64,000 nucleotides of DNA from an uncultured Spirochaetota bacterium (GTDB taxonomy: Bacteria > Spirochaetota > Spirochaetia > SZUA-6 > CAVTHK01). This document shows, in pieces, positions 37,008-45,736 of the stretch. The stretch lies in assembly GCA_963734495.1 (NCBI GenBank), contig CAVTHK010000002.1, forward strand, positions 128,001-192,000. Reading direction: 5' to 3'. How positions within the stretch are numbered: position 1 is the first letter of the stretch; each line of letters starts with the position of its first letter. The notes under the pieces were generated by a model. It was given only the letters and a program-made list of their open reading frames with translations, ran no database searches and was not told the DNA's origin. Both the position numbers and the translations under genes were made by a program.

Positions 37008-38459
37008 ATGCAGGCACTGAACCGCCGCGTGTCAGGCGCGCCGCAGCCGCTGCCCGTCAGGGTCGTGCAGTTCGGCGAGGGCAACTTTCTCCGCGCTTTT
37101 GCCGACTGGATGATCGATCTCATGAACGAGCGCCTCGCCTGCGGGTACGGAGTGGCGGTGGTGCAGCCGATCGAGCGCGGGAACGCCGCCGCGCTCGCTC
37201 GCCAGGATGGTCTGTACACGACCGTGCTCGCCGGGCTGCGGGACGGCGAGCCGTTCGAGGAGCGGCGCCTGATCGGCTGCGTGAGCCGCGTCCTCGATCC
37301 CTACGAGGACTTCGAGGGCTTCCTGCGCCTCGCGGAGGAGCCCGGTCTCAGGCTGTGTCTTTCGAACACGACCGAAGCGGGCATCGCGTTCGACGAGCGC
37401 GACAGACCCGAGGGAGCGCCGCGCGTCTCGTTCCCCGCCAAGGTCGCGCTGTTCCTGCACCGCCGGTATCGCGCCCTGGGCGGCGGGCCGGGCACGGGGC
37501 TGGTGTTCCTTCCGTGCGAGCTCATCGACCGCAACGGGTCCGCGCTGCGGGAGCACGTGCTGCGCTACGCGGAAGCCTGGCGGCTGCCGGCCGCGTTCCG
37601 GGAGTGGGTGGATTCGAAGAACGCGTTCTGCAACACCCTCGTCGACCGGATCGTCGCCGGGTACCCCGCCGACCGCGCGGACCGGATCGCCGCCGAGCTC
37701 GGCTATCGCGACGAGCTGCTGGTCCTGGGCGAGAGCTTCCATGTCTGGGTGATCGAAGGTCCGCCGTCCGTCCGTGACGCGTTTCCCGCGGACAAGGCCG
37801 GACTGAACGTCCTCTTCGTCGAGAGCATGGCGCCCTTCCGCGAGAAGAAGGTCCGCATCCTGAACGGCGTGCAGACCGCGATGACCCCGATCGCTTACCT
37901 GTGCGGCCTGGAGACCACCCGCGACGCCGTCACGCACCCGGTCGTGGGCGCGTACGTGCGGCGGCTCGTCGAGCGGGAGATCCTGCCCACCGTGCCGGAG
38001 TCGGCGGGCGACTGCGCCGCGTACGCCGAAGAGGTCATGGAGCGGCAGCGGAACCCCGCGATCAATCACAGGCTGGCGGCGATCTCCCTGAACTCGATGG
38101 CGAAGTGGCGCACGCGGGTGCTGCCGACCGTGCAGGACTTCCTCGCCCGCAACGGACGGCTGCCGGAGGCGGCGGTCTTCTCGCTCGCGGCGCTGATCGT
38201 CTTCTACAGGGGCGAGCGCGGCGGCGGGAAGATCGCGCTCGCCGACGATGCCTTCATTCTCGATCTGTTCCGCGATGGATGGGCGGCCGTGCGCTCAGGC
38301 AGCCTCGACGCGGCGGGGCTCGTCGGCCGCGTGCTCGGCCTCGAGCGGCTGTGGGGGCCCGACATGAACGCGGTCCCCGGTCTCGCCGCGCTGCTCCGCC
38401 GCCAGGTGGAGCGGATCCTGAGCGAGGGGATGGAGCGCGCCGCGGCCGCCGCGGGATGA
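37008..38459 (+). CDS. uxaB: Tagaturonate reductase (altronate oxidoreductase)
   Basis: QFGEGNFLRAFADW, SNTTEAGI, SFPAK, PCELIDRNG, NTLVDRIV, KVRILNG, ISLNSMAKWRTR. Confidence 0.93.
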   Translation: MQALNRRVSGAPQPLPVRVVQFGEGNFLRAFADWMIDLMNERLACGYGVAVVQPIERGNAAALARQDGLYTTVLAGLRDGEPFEERRLIGCVSRVLDPYEDFEGFLRLAEEPGLRLCLSNTTEAGIAFDERDRPEGAPRVSFPAKVALFLHRRYRALGGGPGTGLVFLPCELIDRNGSALREHVLRYAEAWRLPAAFREWVDSKNAFCNTLVDRIVAGYPADRADRIAAELGYRDELLVLGESFHVWVIEGPPSVRDAFPADKAGLNVLFVESMAPFREKKVRILNGVQTAMTPIAYLCGLETTRDAVTHPVVGAYVRRLVEREILPTVPESAGDCAAYAEEVMERQRNPAINHRLAAISLNSMAKWRTRVLPTVQDFLARNGRLPEAAVFSLAALIVFYRGERGGGKIALADDAFILDLFRDGWAAVRSGSLDAAGLVGRVLGLERLWGPDMNAVPGLAALLRRQVERILSEGMERAAAAAG

Positions 38460-38463
38460 GGAG

Positions 38464-38886
38464 CTACCGCTTTTCCTCGAACTCCTCGATCCGTCGGTAG
38501 GAGACGTTGATCTTCTTGGTGATCTCGGTGGCGAGGCGCAGCTGTTCCGCATTGGCGGCGTTGCGGTCCGGGTGATAGACCGCGAGCAGCCGGCGATAGG
38601 ACTTCTTCACCTGTTCCAGCGGGGCGCCGAACGGCACTTCCAGGTTGGTGTAGTCCTGCCTGAGCGCCTCGCGCGCGGGATCCCGCGGGGCCGCGGGCTC
38701 GGGCCGGACGCGCTCCTCGCCCTTGAGGTACGCGTCGAGCTCGTCCCAGGCGTCCCGCATGTCGGGGTCCGCGGCGCGACCGGGGCTCCCGCCGCCGGAG
38801 CTGCCGGAAGGGCGCGCCGAGCGGCGGCCCGTCTCGCTGATGATCGAGCGCACGAAGTCGCCGAGCCTGTCGAAGAACTTGTCCAC
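38464..38886 (-). CDS. Small protein with a C-terminal J-domain (DnaJ-like)
   Basis: LEVPFGAPLEQVKKSYRRLLAVYHPDR (HPD motif) ...INVSY. Confidence 0.85.
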   Translation of the reverse strand: MDKFFDRLGDFVRSIISETGRRSARPSGSSGGGSPGRAADPDMRDAWDELDAYLKGEERVRPEPAAPRDPAREALRQDYTNLEVPFGAPLEQVKKSYRRLLAVYHPDRNAANAEQLRLATEITKKINVSYRRIEEFEEKR

Positions 38887-38995
38887 CCGATCGAGAAGAT
38901 ACCCGATGTCGCGCGGCGGGGCAACGATGCGGGCCGGGCGACATCCCGGCGGGGCGACGACGCGGGTCAGCGGCCCGAGCCGATGAGGGCCGCGC

Positions 38996-39837
38996 TCAGC
39001 GCTGCGGCTCGACGTCCTCGACGTCGAAGGTGCCCGTGAACACGTAAGAGACAGGCCCGGTCACGAACAGGCCGCCCGTCCTCTCCTCCCACTCGACGTA
39101 GAGATCGCCGCCGCGGTTGTGGACGGCAGCCTCGCGGTCCGCGAGCCCGCCCAGCGCCGCGGCCACGAGGGACGCGGCCGAGGCCGCTGCCGAGCACGGC
39201 TCCTCGCGACCGGCTTCGTCGAGGGAGCGCACCTGCAGCTCCGTGCGGCTGAACACGCGCGCGAACCCGACCCTGACGGGGCCGTCGATCTCGACCGCCA
39301 GCCCGCGCGAGACTTCGGGCAGGTCGAACCCGTAGGTCGGCACGAAGACGGTCACGTGCGCCCCTTCGATGAACAGCGAAGCGCAGGTGTACGTCGCGTC
39401 GCCGACCTCGACGCTGCGGAACGGGTTGCCCGCCAGGCTCTCGCGGACCTCGGCGCGGGCGAGGTCCCCGGGAACGCCCAGGCCCATCATGATGCTCTGG
39501 CTGTCGATGAGATCGGCGGTAAAGGAGCGCTGGCCGACGATGATGTCCGCGCCCTCGCCTTCCAGCAGCCCGGCGTCGTAGGCGTAGCGCGCGAGGCAGC
39601 GCAGGGCATCCGACGGAAACGGGCTTGCCTCGCCGGATTTCCCGATGACCTCGGCTTTCGCGGTCGAGCGATGGGCCTCGAGCAGGACCACCGCCTCGGA
39701 GGCGCCGATGCCCAGCCGCGGTGCAGCAGCCGCTGCAGAGGGCCGGGAAAATGCTCCGGCAGCTCCTGGCGCGTGCCGTCGATGAGGATGACGTCCTTGC
39801 CGCAGCTCTGCAGCTTCAGGAACTCGATTGGGGTCAC
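38996..39837 (-). CDS. Diaminopimelate epimerase-like protein lacking catalytic motifs; one frameshift near 39718
   Basis: IEFLKLQSCGKDVILID, (R)LGIGASE, ALRCLARY, GGDLYVEW and VTGPVSYVFTG follow the DapF scaffold; GTGA overlap with lysC. Confidence 0.75.
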
Positions 39838-41177
39838 CTCGGCTCGAAGAATTCCTGGTGGAGCCGGCCGACGGCCTCCGCGGACCGGTCCCTCGGGACC
39901 ACCAGCGAGAGATTGGTGTCCGAAGAGCCCAGCGAGATCAGCCTGATCGGGATCTCCTTGAGGCTGGCGAACACCCGCGCGATGGTGGCTGAGTCCTTCC
40001 AGAGGTCCTGGCCGACGAGACAGATGATGCTCTTGTCCCGTTCCACCTGGACGCCGCCCAGGCTCTCCAGCTCGCGCGTGATCTGGGCGAGGGCGTGGTC
40101 GTCGTCGATGGTCACCGAGACCGACACCTCGGAGGTGGCGATCAGGTCCACCGACGTTTCGAAGCGCTCGAAGATCTCGAAGATGCGCTTGAGGAAGCCG
40201 TATGCGAGGAGCATCCGCCCGGAGCTGATGCTGATGACGGTGATGGGCTCTTTGGAAGCGACGGCCTTGGGGCCCTCCGCGTCGAGCGAGGCGACGATGC
40301 AGGTGCCCTGTGCCTCCGGCCGGCCGGTGTTGCGCACCCAGACCGGGATCGCGCTGGCGACCGCCGGCTGTATCGTCGACGGATGGATCACCTTGGCGCC
40401 GAAGTAGGCGAGCTCGGCGGCCTCCTGGAACGTGATCCGCGGGATCGTCGCCGCACGCACGATCACCCGCGGGTCGGCGGTCATGATGCCCGTGACGTCC
40501 GTCCAGATCTGGACCTCTTCGGCCCCGAGCGCCGCGCCGAGGATGGTCGCCGTAAAGTCCGAGCCGCCCCTGCCGAGCGTCGACGTGATGCCTTCGACCG
40601 TCGAGGCGATGAACCCCTGGCAGACCACGATCTTGCCCGCGGCCGGATGCACCTTTTCCCTGACCAGCCTGTTGGTGAGCTCCTCGATCGGGATCGCGTG
40701 GCCGAAGGAGCCGTCGGTCTTGACGAGCTCGCGCGTGTCGAGGAGCTCCGCGGTCAGTCCCCGCTCCCACGCGCGGTGAGCGATCAGCAGCGTCGACAGC
40801 CGCTCGCCGAACGAGAGGATCAGGTCGCGGCTGCGCGGCGTGATCTCCCGCAGGAGCGCGAGGCCCGTCACCATCGAGCCGAGCTCCTTGAGGTAGCCCT
40901 CGATCGTGTCGACGCAAGCCGCGAGGTTGTCGCCCGTCAGGAACGCGCGCGCGGTCTCGACGTGGTGCCTGCGGACCGAGGAGAGCGTGTCCTTGGCCTT
41001 GTTGCGGTTCCCGGTCGCGGCGTCCTCGGCCGCGGACAGCAGATCGTCCGTCGTGTCGCCCATGGCCGAAGCGACGAGGACCGGCGCCCGCTCGCCCTGC
41101 CTGACGGTGATGTCGATGGCCCGGTCGATCCACTCGGCGTTCCGGACCGAAGTCCCGCCGAACTTGAGGACGATCAT
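39834..41177 (-). CDS. lysC: Aspartate kinase (LysC, AKIII-like)
   Basis: MIVLKFGGTSV, SFGERLS, TLGRGGSDFTA, IWTDVTG, EAAELAYFGAKVIHP; two ACT domains. Confidence 0.95.
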   Translation of the reverse strand: MIVLKFGGTSVRNAEWIDRAIDITVRQGERAPVLVASAMGDTTDDLLSAAEDAATGNRNKAKDTLSSVRRHHVETARAFLTGDNLAACVDTIEGYLKELGSMVTGLALLREITPRSRDLILSFGERLSTLLIAHRAWERGLTAELLDTRELVKTDGSFGHAIPIEELTNRLVREKVHPAAGKIVVCQGFIASTVEGITSTLGRGGSDFTATILGAALGAEEVQIWTDVTGIMTADPRVIVRAATIPRITFQEAAELAYFGAKVIHPSTIQPAVASAIPVWVRNTGRPEAQGTCIVASLDAEGPKAVASKEPITVISISSGRMLLAYGFLKRIFEIFERFETSVDLIATSEVSVSVTIDDDHALAQITRELESLGGVQVERDKSIICLVGQDLWKDSATIARVFASLKEIPIRLISLGSSDTNLSLVVPRDRSAEAVGRLHQEFFEPR

Positions 41178-41287
41178 CGCGAAGGGCTCCCCCTTTGCAT
41201 CGGCTTCATCCCCGGCGCGCCGCGCTGCCGCCTGCCGCCGGGGGCGTCGATTCTCCCGGGTCGCCGGCACGGTGAGCGGGGCAGGCT

Positions 41288-41316
41288 CTCTTAACACATA
41301 GCGCAGGGGCTGTCAA
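41288..41316 (-). promoter_or_regulatory. Putative sigma70 promoter for lysC
   Basis: Minus strand TTGACA(41316-41311)-17 nt-TAAGAG. Confidence 0.45.
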
Positions 41317-41491
41317 TCAAAACGGGGAAAGTTAGGAAAGGTAGTTGAAGGGAACCGCGCCGCCTGCGTCGACCGAGCCGGCCGCGGCGTCCGCCTGGGC
41401 GGCGGGACAGCGCTCTACAGCGGCCGCGGTCCGCGCGGCCAGACGACCTGCAGGGGCGCGGGCGACGGACTGCCTAAGGTCCGACGGGCTC

Positions 41492-42736
41492 CTACAGCGT
41501 CCCGGCCAGCTCGTCGAGACACCGGTCGACCCAGGGCCACGCCTCGGCGTAGTACACGTCGAGGACCGGCAGCAGCTCGAACAACGCTTCGCGGGTCCGC
41601 TGCTCCAGGTAGAGCACCTGGCCGAGGTAGAAGCGGCCGCGGGCCTCGAGATCGGCGGTGCGCCGGACGGAGAGGAAGTCGCGGAGCTGCTTTTCGGCCG
41701 CGCCGTTTCCCAGCGGGGGCTCCTCTCGCCGTTCTGGAACACGTCGCGGACGATCGACTGCAGGATCGACTCTTCGCCGCCCCCGCTCACCGCCCGGTCG
41801 ACGTCCAGCACGACGGGCTTCATGGACGTCCGGCCGCGGCGGGGGCAGGCCGGCGAGCAGCGCGGCCACGGCCTCCTCGGCTTGCGGCCCGAGCGCCCTG
41901 CGTTCCGGCAGCGGCTGCGCGGGCCCGATCTGCTCGCCCGAGTACACGCCCCGCTCCACCGCGACGAACGGCAGGGGGCGCGACCGGGATTCCCGCGCGG
42001 CGGCGGCCGCGACGCCCGCCGCCGACAGCGGCACGGTCGCGGGCGCCGTGGTGGCGTTGCTCCCGGCGACGAATCGAACCTGGCCGATCTTGGCCAGTTC
42101 CTCGTCGGCGACCGCGTAGTAGAAGCCGATCCCGGCGGGCGGGGCATCCTGGTAGAAGGTGGTGCCAGGCTCGAGGATCATCGCCACGGCGGCCGAAAGA
42201 TCCGCAAGGGCCGCGATGGGCGCGGTGTTGCGATAGAGGACCAGGGTGCGGGAGGGGCGGTCGGTCGTGAAGCTCACGCGGATTCCGGCGGGCGATGCCT
42301 GAGCGCGGATGCCGTCGATGCGCGCGGCCACCTGCTCCGGGCTGCCGACGTCCTCGATGGCGCACGGGGTGACGGTCTTGTTGCGGAACGCGACAAAGAC
42401 GTCGTAACGCCTGCCGCTCGCGTCGCTGGCCAGCACGGCGTAGAAGTAGGCCCGGGTGTCGGCAGGGTGGTCGGCGTAGGAGCCGGTTCCGTAAGGCACC
42501 TCGGCCACCTTCTGCGCCTTCGCGAAAGTTTCCGCGGTGATCTCTTCGGTGGAGCGGTAGACCGCGAGGGGCCCGCGGACGTCCGGCGAATCCCGCCAGG
42601 TGAGCACGACGGCCGTCGACTGGGCCCGCGCGTGCAGGAGCGACACGAACGGGGCCGTGACGTCCTGGGCCCGGGCGCCGCCGAGCGGCAGGAGAAGCGC
42701 TGCGACCAGAGCAGGCAGAAAGCGGGCGAACCTCAT
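41492..42736 (-). CDS. Secreted hypothetical protein (two beta-sandwich-like repeats plus a C-terminal TPR-like helix pair); compensating frameshifts near 41830 and 41720
   Basis: Signal peptide (ARA-Q); repeated VYRS..I / LYRNT.PI...YAV motifs; ARGRFYLGQ. The intervening segment reads better in the alternate frame (MKPVVLDVDR...). Confidence 0.7.
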   Translation of the reverse strand: MRFARFLPALVAALLLPLGGARAQDVTAPFVSLLHARAQSTAVVLTWRDSPDVRGPLAVYRSTEEITAETFAKAQKVAEVPYGTGSYADHPADTRAYFYAVLASDASGRRYDVFVAFRNKTVTPCAIEDVGSPEQVAARIDGIRAQASPAGIRVSFTTDRPSRTLVLYRNTAPIAALADLSAAVAMILEPGTTFYQDAPPAGIGFYYAVADEELAKIGQVRFVAGSNATTAPATVPLSAAGVAAAAARESRSRPLPFVAVERGVYSGEQIGPAQPLPERRALGPQAEEAVAALLAGLPPPRPDVHEARRAGRRPGGERGRRRVDPAVDRPRRVPERREEPPLGNGAAEKQLRDFLSVRRTADLEARGRFYLGQVLYLEQRTREALFELLPVLDVYYAEAWPWVDRCLDELAGTL

Positions 42737-42800
42737 GTCACTATACTAGTCGGCGCCGCCCGCCGGTGTCCATAGCGCCGCAACGGGCCGCAGCGGCCGT

Positions 42801-42830
42801 TTGACAGCGCCCGCGGAAACCCAATAGACT
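42801..42830 (+). promoter_or_regulatory. Sigma70 promoter for the cas2-like/prfB operon (leaderless)
   Basis: TTGACA(42801-42806)-18 nt-TAGACT(42825-42830), 7 nt before ATG 42838. Confidence 0.72.
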
Positions 42831-42837
42831 CCTTTTG

Positions 42838-43110
42838 ATGTACGTGGCGGTGTGCGTCGAGCTCGCCGGGGAGGATTCCCGGCGCGCCGCGACGGAGCTG
42901 CTGGCACAGTACGGGTTCAAGCGCGTGCTCGGCGGGCTCTTCGAGTCGTACACCGTTTCCGACGAGCAGCTGGCGCGGCTGAAGCACGACCTGGACCGGA
43001 CGACCGACTCCTACGATCGGGTCCGCTTCTACCAGTATCCGCTCGCCGACGCGCTCGTGATCACGGATCTCGAGGCGAAGAAATGGCGCCGCAAGAAGAT
43101 CGTCTTCTAG
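42838..43110 (+). CDS. Stand-alone Cas2/VapD-like small protein (90 aa)
   Basis: YVAVCVEL...LLAQYGFKRVLGGLFE...LARLKHDL...DRVRFY matches the Cas2 pattern (hhhYDI...L..YG.RVQ.SVFE...L...L...D.h.hY). No cas1 or array nearby. Confidence 0.75.
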   Translation: MYVAVCVELAGEDSRRAATELLAQYGFKRVLGGLFESYTVSDEQLARLKHDLDRTTDSYDRVRFYQYPLADALVITDLEAKKWRRKKIVF

Positions 43111-43158
43111 GGCCGGCGCGGTCCGCCGCTGAATCCCTTGCCTGTGGAGGTTGCGCAG

Positions 43159-44272
43159 TTGCTCGAAGAGTTGCAGACCCGGATCAGGAGCCTGGGCGAC
43201 CAGATAGACGAAACCTGGAGGCATCTTTGACCCCGAAAAGATCCAGGGTGAGATACGCGAGCTCGAGAAGAAGACGGCCGAGGAGGACTTCTGGTCCAAC
43301 AGGGAACGGGCCAGCGAGATCCTCGGCACGCTCAAGGAGCGAAAGCGCCGCCTCGATCCGTGGGCCGCGCTGAGGCAGAAGTACTCCGACCTCGCCGAGC
43401 TGTACTCCCTCGCCCTCGACGAAGCCGACCAGTCGGTCGAAGCGGAGATCTCGCGGGGTCTCGATGAGCTCGAGGCGACCTACGGCCGGATCAGGGTCCT
43501 CGAGTTCCTGTCGGACGAGCACGACGAGGCATCGACGTTTCTCACCATCCACGCGGGCGCCGGCGGGACCGAGGCGTGCGACTGGGCGGGCATGCTCCTG
43601 CGCATGTACACGCGGTGGGCCGAGCGTCAGGGCTACGAGGTCGAGATCGAGGACGCCCTCGAAGCCGAGGCCGGCTTCAAGTCGGTGACGGTGCTGATCC
43701 AGGGCGATTACGCTCACGGCTATCTCAAGGGGGAGTCGGGAGTGCACAGGCTCGTGCGCATTTCCCCATTCGACGCCAACAAGAGGCGGCATACGACCTT
43801 CGCCTCCGTCTACTGCTCTCCCGAGCTGGAGGACGACGCGGCGATCGAGATCAAGCCCGAGGACGTGAGGGTCGACACGTTCCGGGCGAGCGGCGCTGGC
43901 GGGCAGAAGGTGAACAAGACGGAGTCCGCCGTCCGCATGACCCACATCCCCACGGGGATCGTGGTCCAGTGCCAGAACGAGCGCAGCCAGCACAAGAACC
44001 GCGCCATGGCGATGAAGATGCTCAAGAGCCGGCTGTACGAGTACGACCGCATGCAGAAAGACAAGGAACGGGACAAGATAGAGAGTGAGAAGAAGGACAT
44101 CTCGTGGGGCAATCAGATCCGTTCCTACGTGTTTCAGCCGTACACCATGGTCAAGGACCATCGCACGAAGCACGAGACCGGCAACGTGCAGGCCGTCATG
44201 GACGGCGGGATCGACGCGTTCATCGAGGAGTACCTGAAGCTTGCCTGGACCCTCAAGCAGAAGGCGAACTGA
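43159..44272 (+). CDS. prfB: Peptide chain release factor 2 with programmed +1 frameshift
   Basis: TTG start with GGAGG RBS; 23 codons to CTT-TGA-C; the +1 frame carries GAGGTEACDW, ISPF and GAGGQ. Confidence 0.97.
43217..43231 (+). promoter_or_regulatory. RF2 autoregulatory +1 frameshift cassette
   Basis: GGAGG-CAT-CTT-TGA-C: an internal SD 3 nt upstream of the slippery CTT TGA C. Confidence 0.95.
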
Positions 44273-45680
44273 AGCCGGCCTGCTCATCCTCCTCTTCGCC
44301 GCCGGGCTCGCCTCCGCGGCCGACGACCTGAGCGGCGATCTGCCCAAGGCGTGGAAGGTGGGCTTCGCCGCCTGGGGCGGCGCCGGGCTCGAGCCGCAGG
44401 ACGAGTACCTCAAGTTCAGCCTTGCGCTCGAGCTCCGCGATCGCCTGCTCGCCGCGCGGGAGCGCGATCTGGGGGCCCAGGAGCGCGAGGCGTTCGCCCG
44501 GCGGCTGGCGCGCTCCAAGGTCGAGGCACTCGAGGCGCAGCTGCGGGACACCAACCGCGCGCGCGACGACCTCGTCTTCAAGCAGCTCCCCGACAGCGAG
44601 CGCGACGCGGCGCTGGCGCCCCTCGACGCGAAGCAGAGCGAGCTGCTCGCCCGCATCGCGCTTTTTGAGCGCGACCTTCCCCATCTCGCCGTGCTTCCCC
44701 CCGCGATGCCTCTCGCCTACGAGCCCGCCGACCTGATCGATCCGCCCGCCTACTCGGCGGCGGAGGCCGCGCGCAAGGCGGGCGTGGACCTTCTCGTCTG
44801 GGGACGCCTCGAGCCCGTGCAGGGCTACCTGTACTGGCGGGTGGCCTGCTACAGCGTGCTGCTCGACCGCGAGCTGTTCGCCGCCGAGCAGGTCTCCGCG
44901 CCCGAGGCCGTCGCGGCCGCGGTCGAATCGGCGGTCGGCGGGCTCGCGGAGGCGCTGCTGGGGCGGCCCTGGTCGGCGCTGACCGTCGTCCCGCAGCCTG
45001 CGGACGCCGCGGTCCGCGTCGACGGCAACGCGCAGGGCGGCGGCACGGTGACGCTTCCCTTTCTCGACCCCGGGCCCCACCACGTCGAGGTCTCGTACGA
45101 AGGCTACCAGACCTACGACGAGACGGTGCTGCTGGAGCCTTCGGCCACGCGGCGGCTCGAGGCGGCGCTCACGGCGCTGCCCGCCCGCCCCTTCACGCTC
45201 GCGAGCACGCCGCCCGGGGCGCTCGTGTATCGCGATTCGCTGTACGTGGGGGTCACGCCGCTCGACCTGATGCTGCCGCCCGGCAGCATCGGGACGTATC
45301 GGCTCGTCACGGAGGGCTACTTCGACCTCTACGAGACGATCAAGGCGGACGACGTTTCTCGCATCGATGCGGTCCTCACGCGCAAGCTCGTGGACCCGAC
45401 CGAGTGGCAGGAGATCAAACGCAAGCGGTTCTACCACTCCCTCGGCGCCCTCGCGCTGTCGGTGCCGATCTCGGTCGTGAGCTACGCGGTCGCCCTCGAC
45501 GCCGCGGTCGCGCGGGAGAACACGATCGCGGGAACGCCGGAGTACGACAGGCTGACGCGGCGGGCGACCATCGGCTACGCGCTGTACCTCGGCGGCATCT
45601 TCGTCAGCGCCGTGCTGGGGATCAACATGGTTCGCGACCTGCGGGAGTACGTCCGCTACGCGGACAACCCCGAGTTCTAG
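44241..45680 (+). CDS. PEGA-domain membrane protein (true start uncertain, probably near 44270)
   Basis: Signal-like LLILLFAAGLASA, coiled coil, two PEGA-like repeats (PADAAVRVDG...PGPHHVEVSYEGY; STPPGALVYRD.LYVGVTPL), two C-terminal TM helices. Confidence 0.78.
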   Translation: MPGPSSRRRTEAGLLILLFAAGLASAADDLSGDLPKAWKVGFAAWGGAGLEPQDEYLKFSLALELRDRLLAARERDLGAQEREAFARRLARSKVEALEAQLRDTNRARDDLVFKQLPDSERDAALAPLDAKQSELLARIALFERDLPHLAVLPPAMPLAYEPADLIDPPAYSAAEAARKAGVDLLVWGRLEPVQGYLYWRVACYSVLLDRELFAAEQVSAPEAVAAAVESAVGGLAEALLGRPWSALTVVPQPADAAVRVDGNAQGGGTVTLPFLDPGPHHVEVSYEGYQTYDETVLLEPSATRRLEAALTALPARPFTLASTPPGALVYRDSLYVGVTPLDLMLPPGSIGTYRLVTEGYFDLYETIKADDVSRIDAVLTRKLVDPTEWQEIKRKRFYHSLGALALSVPISVVSYAVALDAAVARENTIAGTPEYDRLTRRATIGYALYLGGIFVSAVLGINMVRDLREYVRYADNPEF

Positions 45681-45736
45681 ACCGGCGCCGGTGCCGGGGC
45701 GGGGCGGCACGCCCGGCAGCCGATGAGGAGGAGCGT

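Noticed and set aside
41178-41290. Lysine riboswitch in the lysC leader
   Set aside because: The leader is about 110 nt, too short, and lacks recognisable L-box conserved segments; a covariance search (RF00168) would settle it.
41332-43160. CRISPR array or cas1 near the cas2-like gene
   Set aside because: No regularly spaced direct repeats and no other cas ORFs seen here or elsewhere in the window.
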